Shown here in pieces: positions 19,698 to 29,780 of a DNA stretch of 64,000 bases. The stretch's first letter is position 1. Every line of letters starts with the position of its first letter. The DNA is from Promethearchaeota archaeon Loki_b31. GTDB lineage: Archaea > Asgardarchaeota > Lokiarchaeia > Sigyniarchaeales > SOKP01. The stretch lies in assembly GCA_005222975.1 (NCBI GenBank), contig NJBI01000001.1:64001-128000 (forward strand), written 5' to 3'. The notes under the pieces were generated by a model. It saw only the letters and a program-made list of their open reading frames with translations. It was not told the origin of the DNA and did no database searches. The translations under genes and the position numbers were made by a program.

Positions 19698-20957
19698 TTG
19701 ACGAAAATTATGCAAGAGAAAATAATAAACGATAAAATCCTTGAAAAAATGACGTTGGATAATGTTTTCAAAATTTTTAACGATAATATATTTCCAATGT
19801 TAAATGATGAAGAGGTACAATATTGCCAAGAGTTAGAATCTTTTTGCTTAGAGCTTCACCCTAAAATCGATAAAAGTAAAGATGTATATGTGTTATTCCC
19901 AGAGCTAGGTAAACACGGATACATGCAAAGGATAAATAAATGGCGCGATTTTGAGCCATATGGTATGAAAAAAGAGATTTTATTGGCTACAATCATGTCT
20001 ATATGCGATCCTCAATTAGAATTAGCGAGATTAGCAAGCGGTATTTTATGTGGGAATCCAACGTTTCAACATGGTGAAACGAGCGAGATTCTTAAAGTCC
20101 AAGACGAATTGATGAGTGGAAAAGAAGCAGGCTGTATTGGAATAACTGAGCCAGAACGCGGGTCCGATGCCGTGAACCTGACAACAACTTGTACAAAGGT
20201 GGATGATGGTATTGTTTTTTCAGGTGAAAAGGTCTTTACGACAAATGGTCCTAAAGCAAAGTATTTTGTTTGTTATGGTGTTTACGATACCGAGCACCCC
20301 AGACAAACGATGGTTCAAGGAATGCTTTCTAGGGATTTCGGTGGAATAGAGACAAAAAGATTGAAGATTAATTCAGTTCCTCGAGTTCATATCGCTCATA
20401 CATTTTTAAATGATGTAAAAGTTCCAATGGAGTATATTTTAGGGGATAATGGAGGGGGTTATCATAATCTTTTTGATGGATTAGTTCCTGAGCGTTTAGG
20501 CATTATGGGCTCAGGTGTGGGTATATGTTGGGCAGGACTTATATACGCAATAATTTATACTAATCTCAGACAACAATTTGGAAAAAATGTAATTAACTAT
20601 CAAGGAGTCGGATACAGTTTAGGAGATTTATTATCGAAATGTAGTGCCGCTACAAGTTTGGCATTCCAAGCAGCGACTATCTATGACGATAAAATACTTT
20701 TTGCCGATAAACCAAGCAAAGAAGCAGAAAAATGGGTGGCGGGAGTCTCTTCTCAAGGCAAGTACTTACTTTCAAAGCTTACACACGAAGTTTGCTACGA
20801 AGTTCAACAGCAAATGGGTGGTGTATCTGTTACAGATAACACTCCAGTTGACGAGCTCATGGATGTAAGTAAAATTGAAGAAGTAATTGGTGGAGCCAGA
20901 AACATTCAATTGCTTATATTACACGGTGGGCTTCGAAGGTATTCAAAAATCTTATAA
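19698..20957 (+). CDS. Acyl-CoA dehydrogenase
   Basis: GITEPERGSDA, GEKVFTTNG, RQQFGK..INYQGV, QMGG, IGGARNIQ. Start may be the ATG at 19710. Confidence 0.92.
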   Translation: MTKIMQEKIINDKILEKMTLDNVFKIFNDNIFPMLNDEEVQYCQELESFCLELHPKIDKSKDVYVLFPELGKHGYMQRINKWRDFEPYGMKKEILLATIMSICDPQLELARLASGILCGNPTFQHGETSEILKVQDELMSGKEAGCIGITEPERGSDAVNLTTTCTKVDDGIVFSGEKVFTTNGPKAKYFVCYGVYDTEHPRQTMVQGMLSRDFGGIETKRLKINSVPRVHIAHTFLNDVKVPMEYILGDNGGGYHNLFDGLVPERLGIMGSGVGICWAGLIYAIIYTNLRQQFGKNVINYQGVGYSLGDLLSKCSAATSLAFQAATIYDDKILFADKPSKEAEKWVAGVSSQGKYLLSKLTHEVCYEVQQQMGGVSVTDNTPVDELMDVSKIEEVIGGARNIQLLILHGGLRRYSKIL

Positions 20958-21182
20958 TTTTTTCCTTTTTTACTTACAGAATATTTTATTATACTGTAGA
21001 AAAGAAAAAGAAAGAAACTTGACATTATTACTTTTTTAATAAATGATAGAAGTCTTTTCTTTTTTCTGAAAGTTTAATGTATTAAGCGTGTAAGGAAAAT
21101 TAATAAGTTCAAAATGGTATAATCACATTAGAAAAGAAGAAACTTAATATTATTTTAGTTTATATAACAGATTGTATCAACC

Positions 21183-21434
21183 ATGCAAGAAATTACAGAT
21201 GAAAATTATAGAAAAATCGTAAGAAACTTCAAAGGCAGAATGGAATTTATGAATAAAACGCCTACCATAGATGCGGTTAAAATTTTTTTCGAAATCTGTG
21301 ACCTTGGTATAAGTAGTTACATTAAAACTGAAAAAAAGAGGTTCCCCGATAAGTCAATTAAAGAAATTATTTTAGAAATGCATAAATTTCACGAAAAAAT
21401 GAAAGCAATGGGGAGAAAAAATAAATGGAAGTAA
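21183..21434 (+). CDS. Small helical protein, putative antitoxin partner of the downstream nucleotidyltransferase
   Basis: 83 aa; overlaps the next gene by 10 nt. Confidence 0.55.
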   Translation: MQEITDENYRKIVRNFKGRMEFMNKTPTIDAVKIFFEICDLGISSYIKTEKKRFPDKSIKEIILEMHKFHEKMKAMGRKNKWK

Positions 21435-22054
21435 TTTACAAAAATGCGTTCTTTCAATTAATAAATTTTCTCGAAAAAATGGAAAAAGATAAGGGTATTA
21501 AATATTATTTAGTCGGTGGAATTTTGACTAGTATTTATTCTGAAACAAGATCCACACACGATATTGATTTTGTAGTAGATTTATTTTCAGCAAATCTTTC
21601 TCTTAATAATTATATTTCGCTACTATCTGAATATGAATTTTTTCCTTTTCAAGATTGGATTACAACTATGAATCTAGCTAGACAAACTAAAATGCTTCAA
21701 TATTTAGATAAACAAGAAAGAATAAACCTCGATAATTATATTATTGATAAAGCCGATAAAAGCAAATATAAAAGGATTGGGCCTATAGCCCTAAAAAGGA
21801 GAGTCAAAGTCGAATTCGCTGATATCAAATGTTGGGCAACATCTAAAGAAGATTTTATTATATCCAAATTAGTTCTTGGAGGTTGGCAAGATTATACTGA
21901 CGCTTTAGGATGTTGGATGAGGTTTAATGATTTATTAGATATTCTCTATATGAATAAAATCAGCAAAGAGTTAGGGGTTCAAAAGGAATATGAGTTATTA
22001 AAATCTGGAATCGACGATCCAGACGATTATTTTAAACAAATTAATGGTTATTAA
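21425..22054 (+). CDS. Pol-beta-superfamily nucleotidyltransferase (DUF6036/AbiEii-like), putative toxin
   Basis: YYLVGG...ETRSTHDIDFVV and SKEDFIISKL...QDYTD. Confidence 0.7.
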   Translation: MEVIYKNAFFQLINFLEKMEKDKGIKYYLVGGILTSIYSETRSTHDIDFVVDLFSANLSLNNYISLLSEYEFFPFQDWITTMNLARQTKMLQYLDKQERINLDNYIIDKADKSKYKRIGPIALKRRVKVEFADIKCWATSKEDFIISKLVLGGWQDYTDALGCWMRFNDLLDILYMNKISKELGVQKEYELLKSGIDDPDDYFKQINGY

Positions 22055-22092
22055 AATAGTTTAAATCTCATCATTTCTTTTTTAAATGCTTT

Positions 22093-22854
22093 TTAACTAA
22101 TCAAACTCAAAATAGCCGAAACAATCGACTTAATGCTAATAACTAAGAGAAAACAAAAGACAAGAATCTGAAATTTGTTTACAGGAATTTTAGGGGTAAT
22201 CTTATGACCAAGTTTAGTCCCGAGGAATATAATTGGAAAAGCGAATAAAAATATTAATAGTAGTACGCTTGGGAATAATCCTTCAACTATATAGAATGGG
22301 ATTCTTGAAACGGAAAGTACTGTTCCAATAGCAGCAAAATTTCCGATAAAACTTTCTCTATAATGTCCTGTTTTTTCTAATAAAGCTACATTAATGGGTC
22401 CTGCCGCGCCAATTAAACCAGTTAACAAGCCATAAGAGAATCCCCCGAACAAAATTAGGGGAGATGTTGTGTTTATTTCCTTTTTTATTTCAATTTGAGA
22501 TTGACTCTTAATGTAATTAACGAGTTTTAAAGAAGAATATATCAGAATAAAAACGCCCAAAATTAACTCGATCCATTCCAATCGAATATTTATAATTAAG
22601 TACGTTCCTAGAATTGTGGCGGGAATGCCTAGCGATACAATTCGGAGAAAATAACCCCTATCTAAAAATTCTTTGTATTTAATATAATTGAGTAAAGCGG
22701 GAAAAGTGCCCCAGATATTTACTAGTATTATCGCATCCTTAATTCCTATTATTGGAGCTAAAATAGGGATTAATATCAACGCGTCGCCGAATCCTATAAT
22801 CCCGTAGACCGTACTCGAGAAGAAAATTACTATTAGTGTTATAAGTATAATCAT
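22093..22854 (-). CDS. Sulfite exporter TauE/SafE family membrane protein
   Basis: GIIGFGDALILIP and GLLTGLIGAAGP repeats; about 8 TM segments. Confidence 0.88.
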   Translation of the reverse strand: MIILITLIVIFFSSTVYGIIGFGDALILIPILAPIIGIKDAIILVNIWGTFPALLNYIKYKEFLDRGYFLRIVSLGIPATILGTYLIINIRLEWIELILGVFILIYSSLKLVNYIKSQSQIEIKKEINTTSPLILFGGFSYGLLTGLIGAAGPINVALLEKTGHYRESFIGNFAAIGTVLSVSRIPFYIVEGLFPSVLLLIFLFAFPIIFLGTKLGHKITPKIPVNKFQILVFCFLLVISIKSIVSAILSLIS

Positions 22855-22860
22855 AAATAT

Positions 22861-23598
22861 TTAATCTCTATTCATTAATTTTTTTTGAGGATCCTTTCTT
22901 TTTCCAAAAAGCATTTCTTTATTCTTTTCTACAAATTTCCATCCAAACCCAGAGAGTTCGCTTAAGGGGCCTGTAATTCCTTTTGGATTTCCTGTCCTAG
23001 TAAATGTAATTTCTGTTTGTTGAATTGCCTTAAACACGCGATAGGGCGTCTTGTAATTATCTATTAAAGATTTAGCCTTTTTCGGACCGATATCTACGAA
23101 TCCTTCCACAATAAATGTTCTTCTTTCTTCAACGCTCATACTTTTTGGTGCCTTTCTTGAAAGTAATGGCATTCCATCCTTAACTTGTTCACGGTTAGCT
23201 ATTCGCTCTATAACGATTGCTGTATCCGCGATATTTCTAGTCGGTATTACTGATATTCCCAATTTATAAGAAATAAATGCCAGGGCACCATAAATTGAGG
23301 AAATTTTCATTCCAGTATTTTCAAACACATTATCATTTAAACCCTCTAGAATTAATATAGGTGTGGTGTAGGTTTCTTTTAAGCGAAGACACTGCTCAAA
23401 TAAACGATTATCCATAATAGAAGCAACGAAATCAAACCCTTCTTTTCTTTCAATTGCTACATCTTCAGAAATTACTATATCTGCAATATCTAATTGTTTA
23501 GTTTCGAACTTGATATTAGGGTGCTTCTCTTCCAGTAATTTCATTAACTTCCTTTCTCTATTGTCAATAATGACCTTGAGGACATTGGTTTGGCTCAT
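22861..23598 (-). CDS. xpf: Short-form XPF/ERCC4 structure-specific endonuclease (nuclease + HhH)
   Basis: IIDNRE, ADIV, ERKEGFDFVASIMDNRLFEQ, HhH-like DIGPKKA; no helicase domain. Confidence 0.85.
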   Translation of the reverse strand: MSQTNVLKVIIDNRERKLMKLLEEKHPNIKFETKQLDIADIVISEDVAIERKEGFDFVASIMDNRLFEQCLRLKETYTTPILILEGLNDNVFENTGMKISSIYGALAFISYKLGISVIPTRNIADTAIVIERIANREQVKDGMPLLSRKAPKSMSVEERRTFIVEGFVDIGPKKAKSLIDNYKTPYRVFKAIQQTEITFTRTGNPKGITGPLSELSGFGWKFVEKNKEMLFGKRKDPQKKLMNRD

Positions 23599-23730
23599 TT
23601 TTATTTTTATTGGTAATCGAATTTGTAATTGTTATTTTAAAATCAATTATGTTAATTAAAATAATCTAAGCTATAAAAATAAAAAATAGTAGTATTACTT
23701 TTAAAAGTTAAATGATTTGTTTTTGTTCTA

Positions 23731-24255
23731 TTATTGAGGTTCTAGGTTAATATTACGCTTAAGATAATTTATAATTTCTTTTCTACTATATAATTTGTTA
23801 TTTATTAAAACAAAAATGAAAATTAGAATCCCTGTTATCTCCGTCAAATAAACGACGGGGTTGTTAAATAATGTATATAACCATACTCCGAGGGGATCGT
23901 CAATTATAATAAATTCATACATGATAAATGGATAAAAAAGTGGTACTTCTGGTAGATCTAAAATTAAGTGAACGACCATCCCCACTAAAAATGGGATTGA
24001 TATAGATTTTCTTCTTTTCGTAATAAAGTGCAAAATAACAAAACTGATTAAAATAAATAAAATTGTATGTGAGATTCCCCTCCCTGAACCTAAATTTAAA
24101 AAAAGTAGAAATTTATCAATAATATCTGGAAATAACGAGCCAACAATTAACGCAAATCTATTAAATTCAAATCTCTTCTTAACCAGTGGTAATTCAAAGA
24201 GAATTAACGGAATAGCAACGTGAAAAATCGGAAACATATTTATCGTCTCGTTCAA
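23731..24255 (-). CDS. Membrane-bound metal-dependent hydrolase (YdjM-like)
   Basis: N-terminal FH, GSLFPDIIDK, RGISHT, HLILD, LFYPF. Confidence 0.82.
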   Translation of the reverse strand: MNETINMFPIFHVAIPLILFELPLVKKRFEFNRFALIVGSLFPDIIDKFLLFLNLGSGRGISHTILFILISFVILHFITKRRKSISIPFLVGMVVHLILDLPEVPLFYPFIMYEFIIIDDPLGVWLYTLFNNPVVYLTEITGILIFIFVLINNKLYSRKEIINYLKRNINLEPQ

Positions 24256-24392
24256 AATCCATATAAAAACCGAAAAAAGTTAAGTATTTCAGGTAAGTAG
24301 AATATTAATATCAAGATTATTACAAATTCAATTGAGACCTTTATCGCCCTCTTTACCAAATAAGGGTAAGAAACCATTTTATCTTGTTTCAT
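24252..24392 (-). CDS. Putative 46-aa single-pass membrane protein (MKQDKMVSYPYLVKRAIKVSIEFVIILILIFYLPEILNFFRFLYGF)
   Basis: Fills the gap between aroA' and the hydrolase; its TGA overlaps the hydrolase TTG (TTGA); one hydrophobic helix. Confidence 0.5.
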   Translation of the reverse strand: MKQDKMVSYPYLVKRAIKVSIEFVIILILIFYLPEILNFFRFLYGF

Positions 24393-24409
24393 AATTTTCT
24401 TTAACTTGT

Positions 24410-25210
24410 CTATTTAATTTGGTATTCTTTTAGAACTTCTCTCACCGTATAATTATGATGTACAATTTTAGATAGAGCTTTAACAATTTTTACAGGATCC
24501 TCCGCTTGAAAAACATTTCTTCCAAACGCAACTCCTTTACCTCCTGCTTGGATAGAATCGTAAACTAGTTGGAATAAATCTTGAATCGTATCAGTTTTCG
24601 GACCACCAGCTATAATAACTGGAATATGTACACTTTTTACGATATATTTGAAAGAGTCAATATCTCCAGTGTAATTTGTTTTAACTATGTCTGCGCCTAA
24701 TTCAGCACCTGCTCTTACAGCAATATTAACTACTTCAGGAGCATTCTCATCTTTTATTTTTTTACCTCTAGGATACATCATAGCTATAAGCGGTAAGCCC
24801 CATTCTCTTGATGACTCAACGACGCTATGAGCGTCTTGAAGCATTTCTGGTTCCTCATCAGCTCCTATATTAATATGAATTGAAACTCCATCTGCACCCA
24901 TTTTCAAAGCTCGCTCTACAGAACACACCAATACTTTTCTATCAGGGTCTGGAGTTAAACTTGTTGCTCCCGAAAGGTGAATAATTAACCCTATATCTTG
25001 TCCGTACTGCCTATGCCCCGCTCCAACCATACCAGAATGCATTAAAACCGCGTTCGCGCCACCTATAGCGACCTTATCAACAATATTTGCCAAATTTTCT
25101 AATCCTTTAATCGTTCCTACAGTGAGGCCATGGTCCATTGGTACAATTATCGTTCTTTTGCTTTTTCGATCGAACAACCGTTCAATTCTAATACCCTTTC
25201 CAAGATTCAA
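24410..25210 (-). CDS. aroA': 2-amino-3,7-dideoxy-D-threo-hept-6-ulosonate synthase / DhnA-type class I aldolase
   Basis: [47 protein letters not shown]. Confidence 0.8.
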   Translation of the reverse strand: MNLGKGIRIERLFDRKSKRTIIVPMDHGLTVGTIKGLENLANIVDKVAIGGANAVLMHSGMVGAGHRQYGQDIGLIIHLSGATSLTPDPDRKVLVCSVERALKMGADGVSIHINIGADEEPEMLQDAHSVVESSREWGLPLIAMMYPRGKKIKDENAPEVVNIAVRAGAELGADIVKTNYTGDIDSFKYIVKSVHIPVIIAGGPKTDTIQDLFQLVYDSIQAGGKGVAFGRNVFQAEDPVKIVKALSKIVHHNYTVREVLKEYQIK

Positions 25211-25346
25211 TCTTATTACACAATTTTTTAATTATAATCAAATTATTGGTAATAAATGAGAGTAGAAATATAAAATTATATTATTATGATTGAGTTTTTT
25301 CATAAGAAGTGTTGTAACTTAAAAGATTAGAATAAAAAAAATAATG

Positions 25347-27053
25347 TTACATTTCTTTTTCAATTGATTTAATATAGGTCTCAATTTTGTTCTGGATTAT
25401 TTCAGGTTTAATTGTGCTTTGATTGGCTAGTTTATGTCTGAGCTCTAATTTTTCTCTATGTAAAGTATTCATTGTGCAAAACGGTATTTGAAGAACCTTG
25501 TTGGGATCATCTGGATCAATCACTCCATAATGTACAATGCAGTTTTTAACTCGATCTAAATCAAAATTATAAGCATCTTGAAAATGCATGCATGATATTA
25601 ACAAGTTTTTTGAAAGTAAAAAGTTACTTGCTGAGTTTAAGTTAGGCGATAAAATAAGCTTAGTAAATGATTGAAAAATTTTGCTAGTTAAGATTTGTGA
25701 TGGATTTTTAATATATTTTAAAGCACCTGCGAAAAAATATGCTTTCATTATCTGTCTATACCCTAAATTAGTTATATCATCGATGAACTCACCAATCCTG
25801 CTTGCTACACCACCATAATTCTCTAAATTAATGTTCTTTAAAAGGCTTGTTGGCTTGGGGATTTCTCTATTACGGACCATGTCCCATACTTGATTTGCCC
25901 ATATAACTAACCCCTCGGCATCAAAATAATTCTCAAGGGCTTTCCATTCATTGTTATCATCAATTATTACAATAGTACCGAAACCACAGTCTGGATGGGT
26001 TGTCATTGAAAAAGAAGGTACGTCATCGAACCAAGCGAGTAATCTAGTGAATTTGGAAGATGTGGCAATTGGATAAAACTTTTTAATTGCGTTATTAATT
26101 ATTTTATTAATGGCTATCTTTAAATCAGATGTAGTATATCTCAATTCCATTAGTTCTTCGTAATTAATTCGACCACATAACGAAACGGGTTGAAAAACGA
26201 CGCCTGCAACTACATCATTATTTTGCTTAGCGAATTCTAAAATATTTTCAATTTGATTGTCATTTACGCCCTTAGCAATAGTTGGAACCAACATAATACC
26301 TTTTAACCCGACTGCACGGCAATTTTTAATGACTCTCTGTTTTATGGGCCATAAATTAACGCCTCTCATTTTTTTCCAAACCTCTGGAGCATTGGTAGCG
26401 TCAAATTGCAAATATATCGCATCTATTCCAGATTCCTTTAATTCTCTACAATATTCGACTGATTTACTCATTCTGATACCATTAGTTGATACCATAACTT
26501 CTATAAACCCTAATTCTTTTGCTTTACGGGTGATATCATGTAGATCATTTCTTAACGTTGGTTCCCCCCCTGCATATTGTAGCAAAATAGGAGGGACAGG
26601 CTTGAGTGATCTAAAATGTTTTAGAATTTGAACAATTTCATCGAAAGTAGGCTCTACAACATAACCTTTAGCACTAGCATTGGCGTAACATATTGGACAA
26701 GTTAAATTACATCGATTTGTAGGATCAATTACAGCAATACAAGGTGCCGATTGGTGATTTTCGCAAATTCCACAATCATATGGACAGCCATTAGTGATTT
26801 CTCTAATAATTGATGATTCTTCATAAGGTTTAGAAGAGTTATCTATGGTAGATCCAATCTCATTAGTGAAACTCTGGTTCCATTTGTATTCCTCTGGGTT
26901 AACCGAAATCTTGTCTTTAAAATCTCCATGTTCCTCACAATGCTTTCGCATCATAACCCAATCAGTATTTGCATCAACATAAATCTCAGCAGGAATTGGT
27001 TGTAGGCATTCTGGACAAATACTTGTTGTATTTCTAATTATTTCTTCAATCAT
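25347..27053 (-). CDS. tes: Tetraether lipid synthase (Tes / GDGT-MAS), radical SAM
   Basis: N-terminal CPEC...CEEH, CPYDCGICENH, radical SAM CNLTCPIC, GGEPT, HPDCG, MHFQDAYNFDLDRVKNCIVHY, IPFC. Confidence 0.88.
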   Translation of the reverse strand: MIEEIIRNTTSICPECLQPIPAEIYVDANTDWVMMRKHCEEHGDFKDKISVNPEEYKWNQSFTNEIGSTIDNSSKPYEESSIIREITNGCPYDCGICENHQSAPCIAVIDPTNRCNLTCPICYANASAKGYVVEPTFDEIVQILKHFRSLKPVPPILLQYAGGEPTLRNDLHDITRKAKELGFIEVMVSTNGIRMSKSVEYCRELKESGIDAIYLQFDATNAPEVWKKMRGVNLWPIKQRVIKNCRAVGLKGIMLVPTIAKGVNDNQIENILEFAKQNNDVVAGVVFQPVSLCGRINYEELMELRYTTSDLKIAINKIINNAIKKFYPIATSSKFTRLLAWFDDVPSFSMTTHPDCGFGTIVIIDDNNEWKALENYFDAEGLVIWANQVWDMVRNREIPKPTSLLKNINLENYGGVASRIGEFIDDITNLGYRQIMKAYFFAGALKYIKNPSQILTSKIFQSFTKLILSPNLNSASNFLLSKNLLISCMHFQDAYNFDLDRVKNCIVHYGVIDPDDPNKVLQIPFCTMNTLHREKLELRHKLANQSTIKPEIIQNKIETYIKSIEKEM

Positions 27054-27276
27054 GATTTTTAATTTCTAATTATATAGCTGTGTTTTCTTTCTTATACTTA
27101 TTTAATCTTAAAATATAAACATATTAAAACAGCTAATAAGATTATCGATATTAGATTAATGTAAAAGAAATTTAAAATTAAAGAGTAATTATCAAAAAAT
27201 AAGAAGTAAAGAAAATATCTTTTGTTTTCGAAAAAAATAACTATTAAAACATTTAATACTTATATTTGGATTCAAA

Positions 27277-28848
27277 TTACCAAGGTCTTCTTATTGTAGT
27301 AGCTCTACTCATTTCAGATTTGTTTGGATGATCTAAATTGTAATGGATTCCCCTGCTCTCTTTGCGAGAAATTGCACTTACTATTATTATTTTTGCGACA
27401 GTAGCCAAATTTCTAAGTTCAACAAGATTTTTTTCTATTTTAAAATCCCAATAATATTGATTGATTTCATCCAGAAGCATATTAATTCTTTTTTTAGCTC
27501 TTTGAAGACGCTTATCCGTTCGGACAATTCCAACGTAATTCCACATGAATCTTCTTATTTCATCCCAATTTTGTGTTATTATAACCGCTTCTGTAGAGGG
27601 TACGGCATGACCGGGTTCCCACTGCTTAAATTCTTTAACTTTTAAATCAGAAATTTGTTCAGCTAAAGAATTAGCACACTCATGGGCACCTACTAAACCT
27701 TCAAGTAAGGAATTACTTGCTAATCGATTCGCACCATGAAGTCCAGTACACGCAGATTCACCGATGACGTATAGATTCTTAACTTCAGTCTTCCCGTTAA
27801 TTCCTGCCAGAACCCCTCCACAACAATAATGGGCCGCGGGAACAACGGGTATAGGTTCATTAGTAATATCAATATTGAACTTTAAACATGATTCATAAAC
27901 TCCTGGAAAATGACTTTTTATAAATTTTGGAGATTTATAAGATGCTATATCTAAATGGATGTAATCGTCCCCAGTTTTTTTGAGTTCTGCATCAATAGCT
28001 CTCGAAACGACATCACGGGGGGCTAAACCTTTTGAGGAATGGTAATTATGCATAAACTCATTTCCTCTAACATCTTTTAAAACAGCACCCTCGCCTCGCA
28101 TTGCTTCTGTAATTAAGAAAGACTTCGCATACGGATGATATAAACAAGTAGGGTGGAATTGATAAAATTCCATGTTTGAAATTGTTGCACCAGCACGATA
28201 CGCCATTGCTATCCCATCGCCAGAAGCGATATCTGGGTTTGTTGTATACAAATATATTTTGCCAGCGCCACCAGTTGCTAATATTGTAGCTTTAGCAGCA
28301 ACATTATGAATCTTTTCGCTTTTTTGGTCTAAAATATAAGCCCCATAACATTGAAAATTTCTAGCAAATAAATTAATAGCGCACCAATGTTCCTTTATTT
28401 CTACATTTTCTATCTTTTTTATACTTTCAATAAGTTTTTGTTCAACATTCTGTCCCGTTTGGTCGTTTACATGCAGAATTCTTCTTTCTGAGTGTCCACC
28501 TTCTTTTCCAAGATCGTAATCTCCATTCTCATTTCTAGTAAATTCAACGCCCAACTCAATTAATTCCTTTATCCTTTCTGGTGCTTGCGTTAAGATATTC
28601 CTTACCACATTCTCGTTACAAAGACCATCTCCAGCAATTAAAGTGTCTTGAATATGTTTCTCAAAACTATCGTTATTATTCCAAACGCATGCAATGCCAC
28701 CTTGTGCGTAAAAAGTGCTGCATTCTGCTAAATACTCTTTAGTAATCAGTAATATCTTTTCGTCTGGGGTTAATTTTGCTAATTTTAATGCCAATGATAA
28801 TCCCGAGATACCCCCTCCGATAATAAGAAAATCTATTTTTCGGTTCAA
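27277..28848 (-). CDS. nadB: L-aspartate oxidase
   Basis: IIGGGISGL, AQGGIA, EGGHSERRILH, QFHPT, LITEAMRGEG, PAAHYCCGG, GLHGANRLASNSLLE, RKESRGIHY. Confidence 0.95.
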   Translation of the reverse strand: MNRKIDFLIIGGGISGLSLALKLAKLTPDEKILLITKEYLAECSTFYAQGGIACVWNNNDSFEKHIQDTLIAGDGLCNENVVRNILTQAPERIKELIELGVEFTRNENGDYDLGKEGGHSERRILHVNDQTGQNVEQKLIESIKKIENVEIKEHWCAINLFARNFQCYGAYILDQKSEKIHNVAAKATILATGGAGKIYLYTTNPDIASGDGIAMAYRAGATISNMEFYQFHPTCLYHPYAKSFLITEAMRGEGAVLKDVRGNEFMHNYHSSKGLAPRDVVSRAIDAELKKTGDDYIHLDIASYKSPKFIKSHFPGVYESCLKFNIDITNEPIPVVPAAHYCCGGVLAGINGKTEVKNLYVIGESACTGLHGANRLASNSLLEGLVGAHECANSLAEQISDLKVKEFKQWEPGHAVPSTEAVIITQNWDEIRRFMWNYVGIVRTDKRLQRAKKRINMLLDEINQYYWDFKIEKNLVELRNLATVAKIIIVSAISRKESRGIHYNLDHPNKSEMSRATTIRRPW

Positions 28849-29159
28849 AAGAATCTATCGTCTTTTTAAATTGTTTAATTTTTTTTTAAGAAACTAATAA
28901 TTAAAGTAAATTTTTAATCATTTTTAATTAATTGGAATGGTGTGTGAGAAGATTTATTGTTTTTAGAATTTATATTCCTAATTTTTTTATTATTTCATTG
29001 ATTTTTTCTTGAATAAGATTTGTGTTCTGTTTTGTTATATAATTAGATAATAACTTTTTTTTAATTGCTTACGTTTTTATATCTAATTACTCCGCCAATT
29101 TAGAACCGTTTAAATTGTTAATGGGTTTAAAGAAATTAATCTATTCATTATATGAAAAT

Positions 29160-29663
29160 ATGCCAAAAATAAAACATGTACTGTTCTTATGTAGTGGGAA
29201 CACCTGTAGAAGTCCATTTGCTGAATATTTTTCAAAATGGCTCCAAAAGAATGAGGATTCTAATGAATTAAAAGATATAGAATTTGATTCGGCAGGACTT
29301 TTCCACTATTATGAGCAACCTCAAGAAGGCACATTAAAATATCTTAATTCTAAAGGTGTTGAAATGGACGATTTTCAAGCCAAGGATCTCGATGAAGAAT
29401 TGATAATCAAACAAGACCTTATTCTATGTTTCGAAGAGAAATACCATGTTCGAAAATTAAAGAGAAAATTCAAGCATTTAAAGGATCTGGATGAAAAGGT
29501 TTTTTTACTATTAGAATTTGCAGGTGATACTGAAAATCTAGAAATAGAAGATCCTTTCTATTTAGAGGAAAATGAATATAATAAAGTTCTTAAAAGAATT
29601 GAAGATGGAATAATTAAATCTATTGAAAAGATTATCAAAATTAATAATTCTGAAGAATATTGA
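29160..29663 (+). CDS. Low-molecular-weight protein phosphatase (LMW-PTP family)
   Basis: P-loop CSGNTCRSP, DSAG, general acid EDPF. ATG 29160 is preferred because it matches the paralog starts. Confidence 0.9.
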   Translation: MPKIKHVLFLCSGNTCRSPFAEYFSKWLQKNEDSNELKDIEFDSAGLFHYYEQPQEGTLKYLNSKGVEMDDFQAKDLDEELIIKQDLILCFEEKYHVRKLKRKFKHLKDLDEKVFLLLEFAGDTENLEIEDPFYLEENEYNKVLKRIEDGIIKSIEKIIKINNSEEY

Positions 29664-29780
29664 AATCAAGAAAAAAAAAGAAAATAAAAAATAATTTTTC
29701 TTTAAGGAAATCAATTTATTATGTTTTAATATTCGCTCTCTATAACAGAATCCTTAAAATAATTAGATTTCAATTATAAA

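Noticed and set aside
28900-29110. Protein-like minus-strand stretch (LSNYITKQNTNLIQEKINEIIKKLGI*) upstream of nadB
   Set aside because: No start codon between it and the preceding in-frame stop; too short to call a pseudogene.
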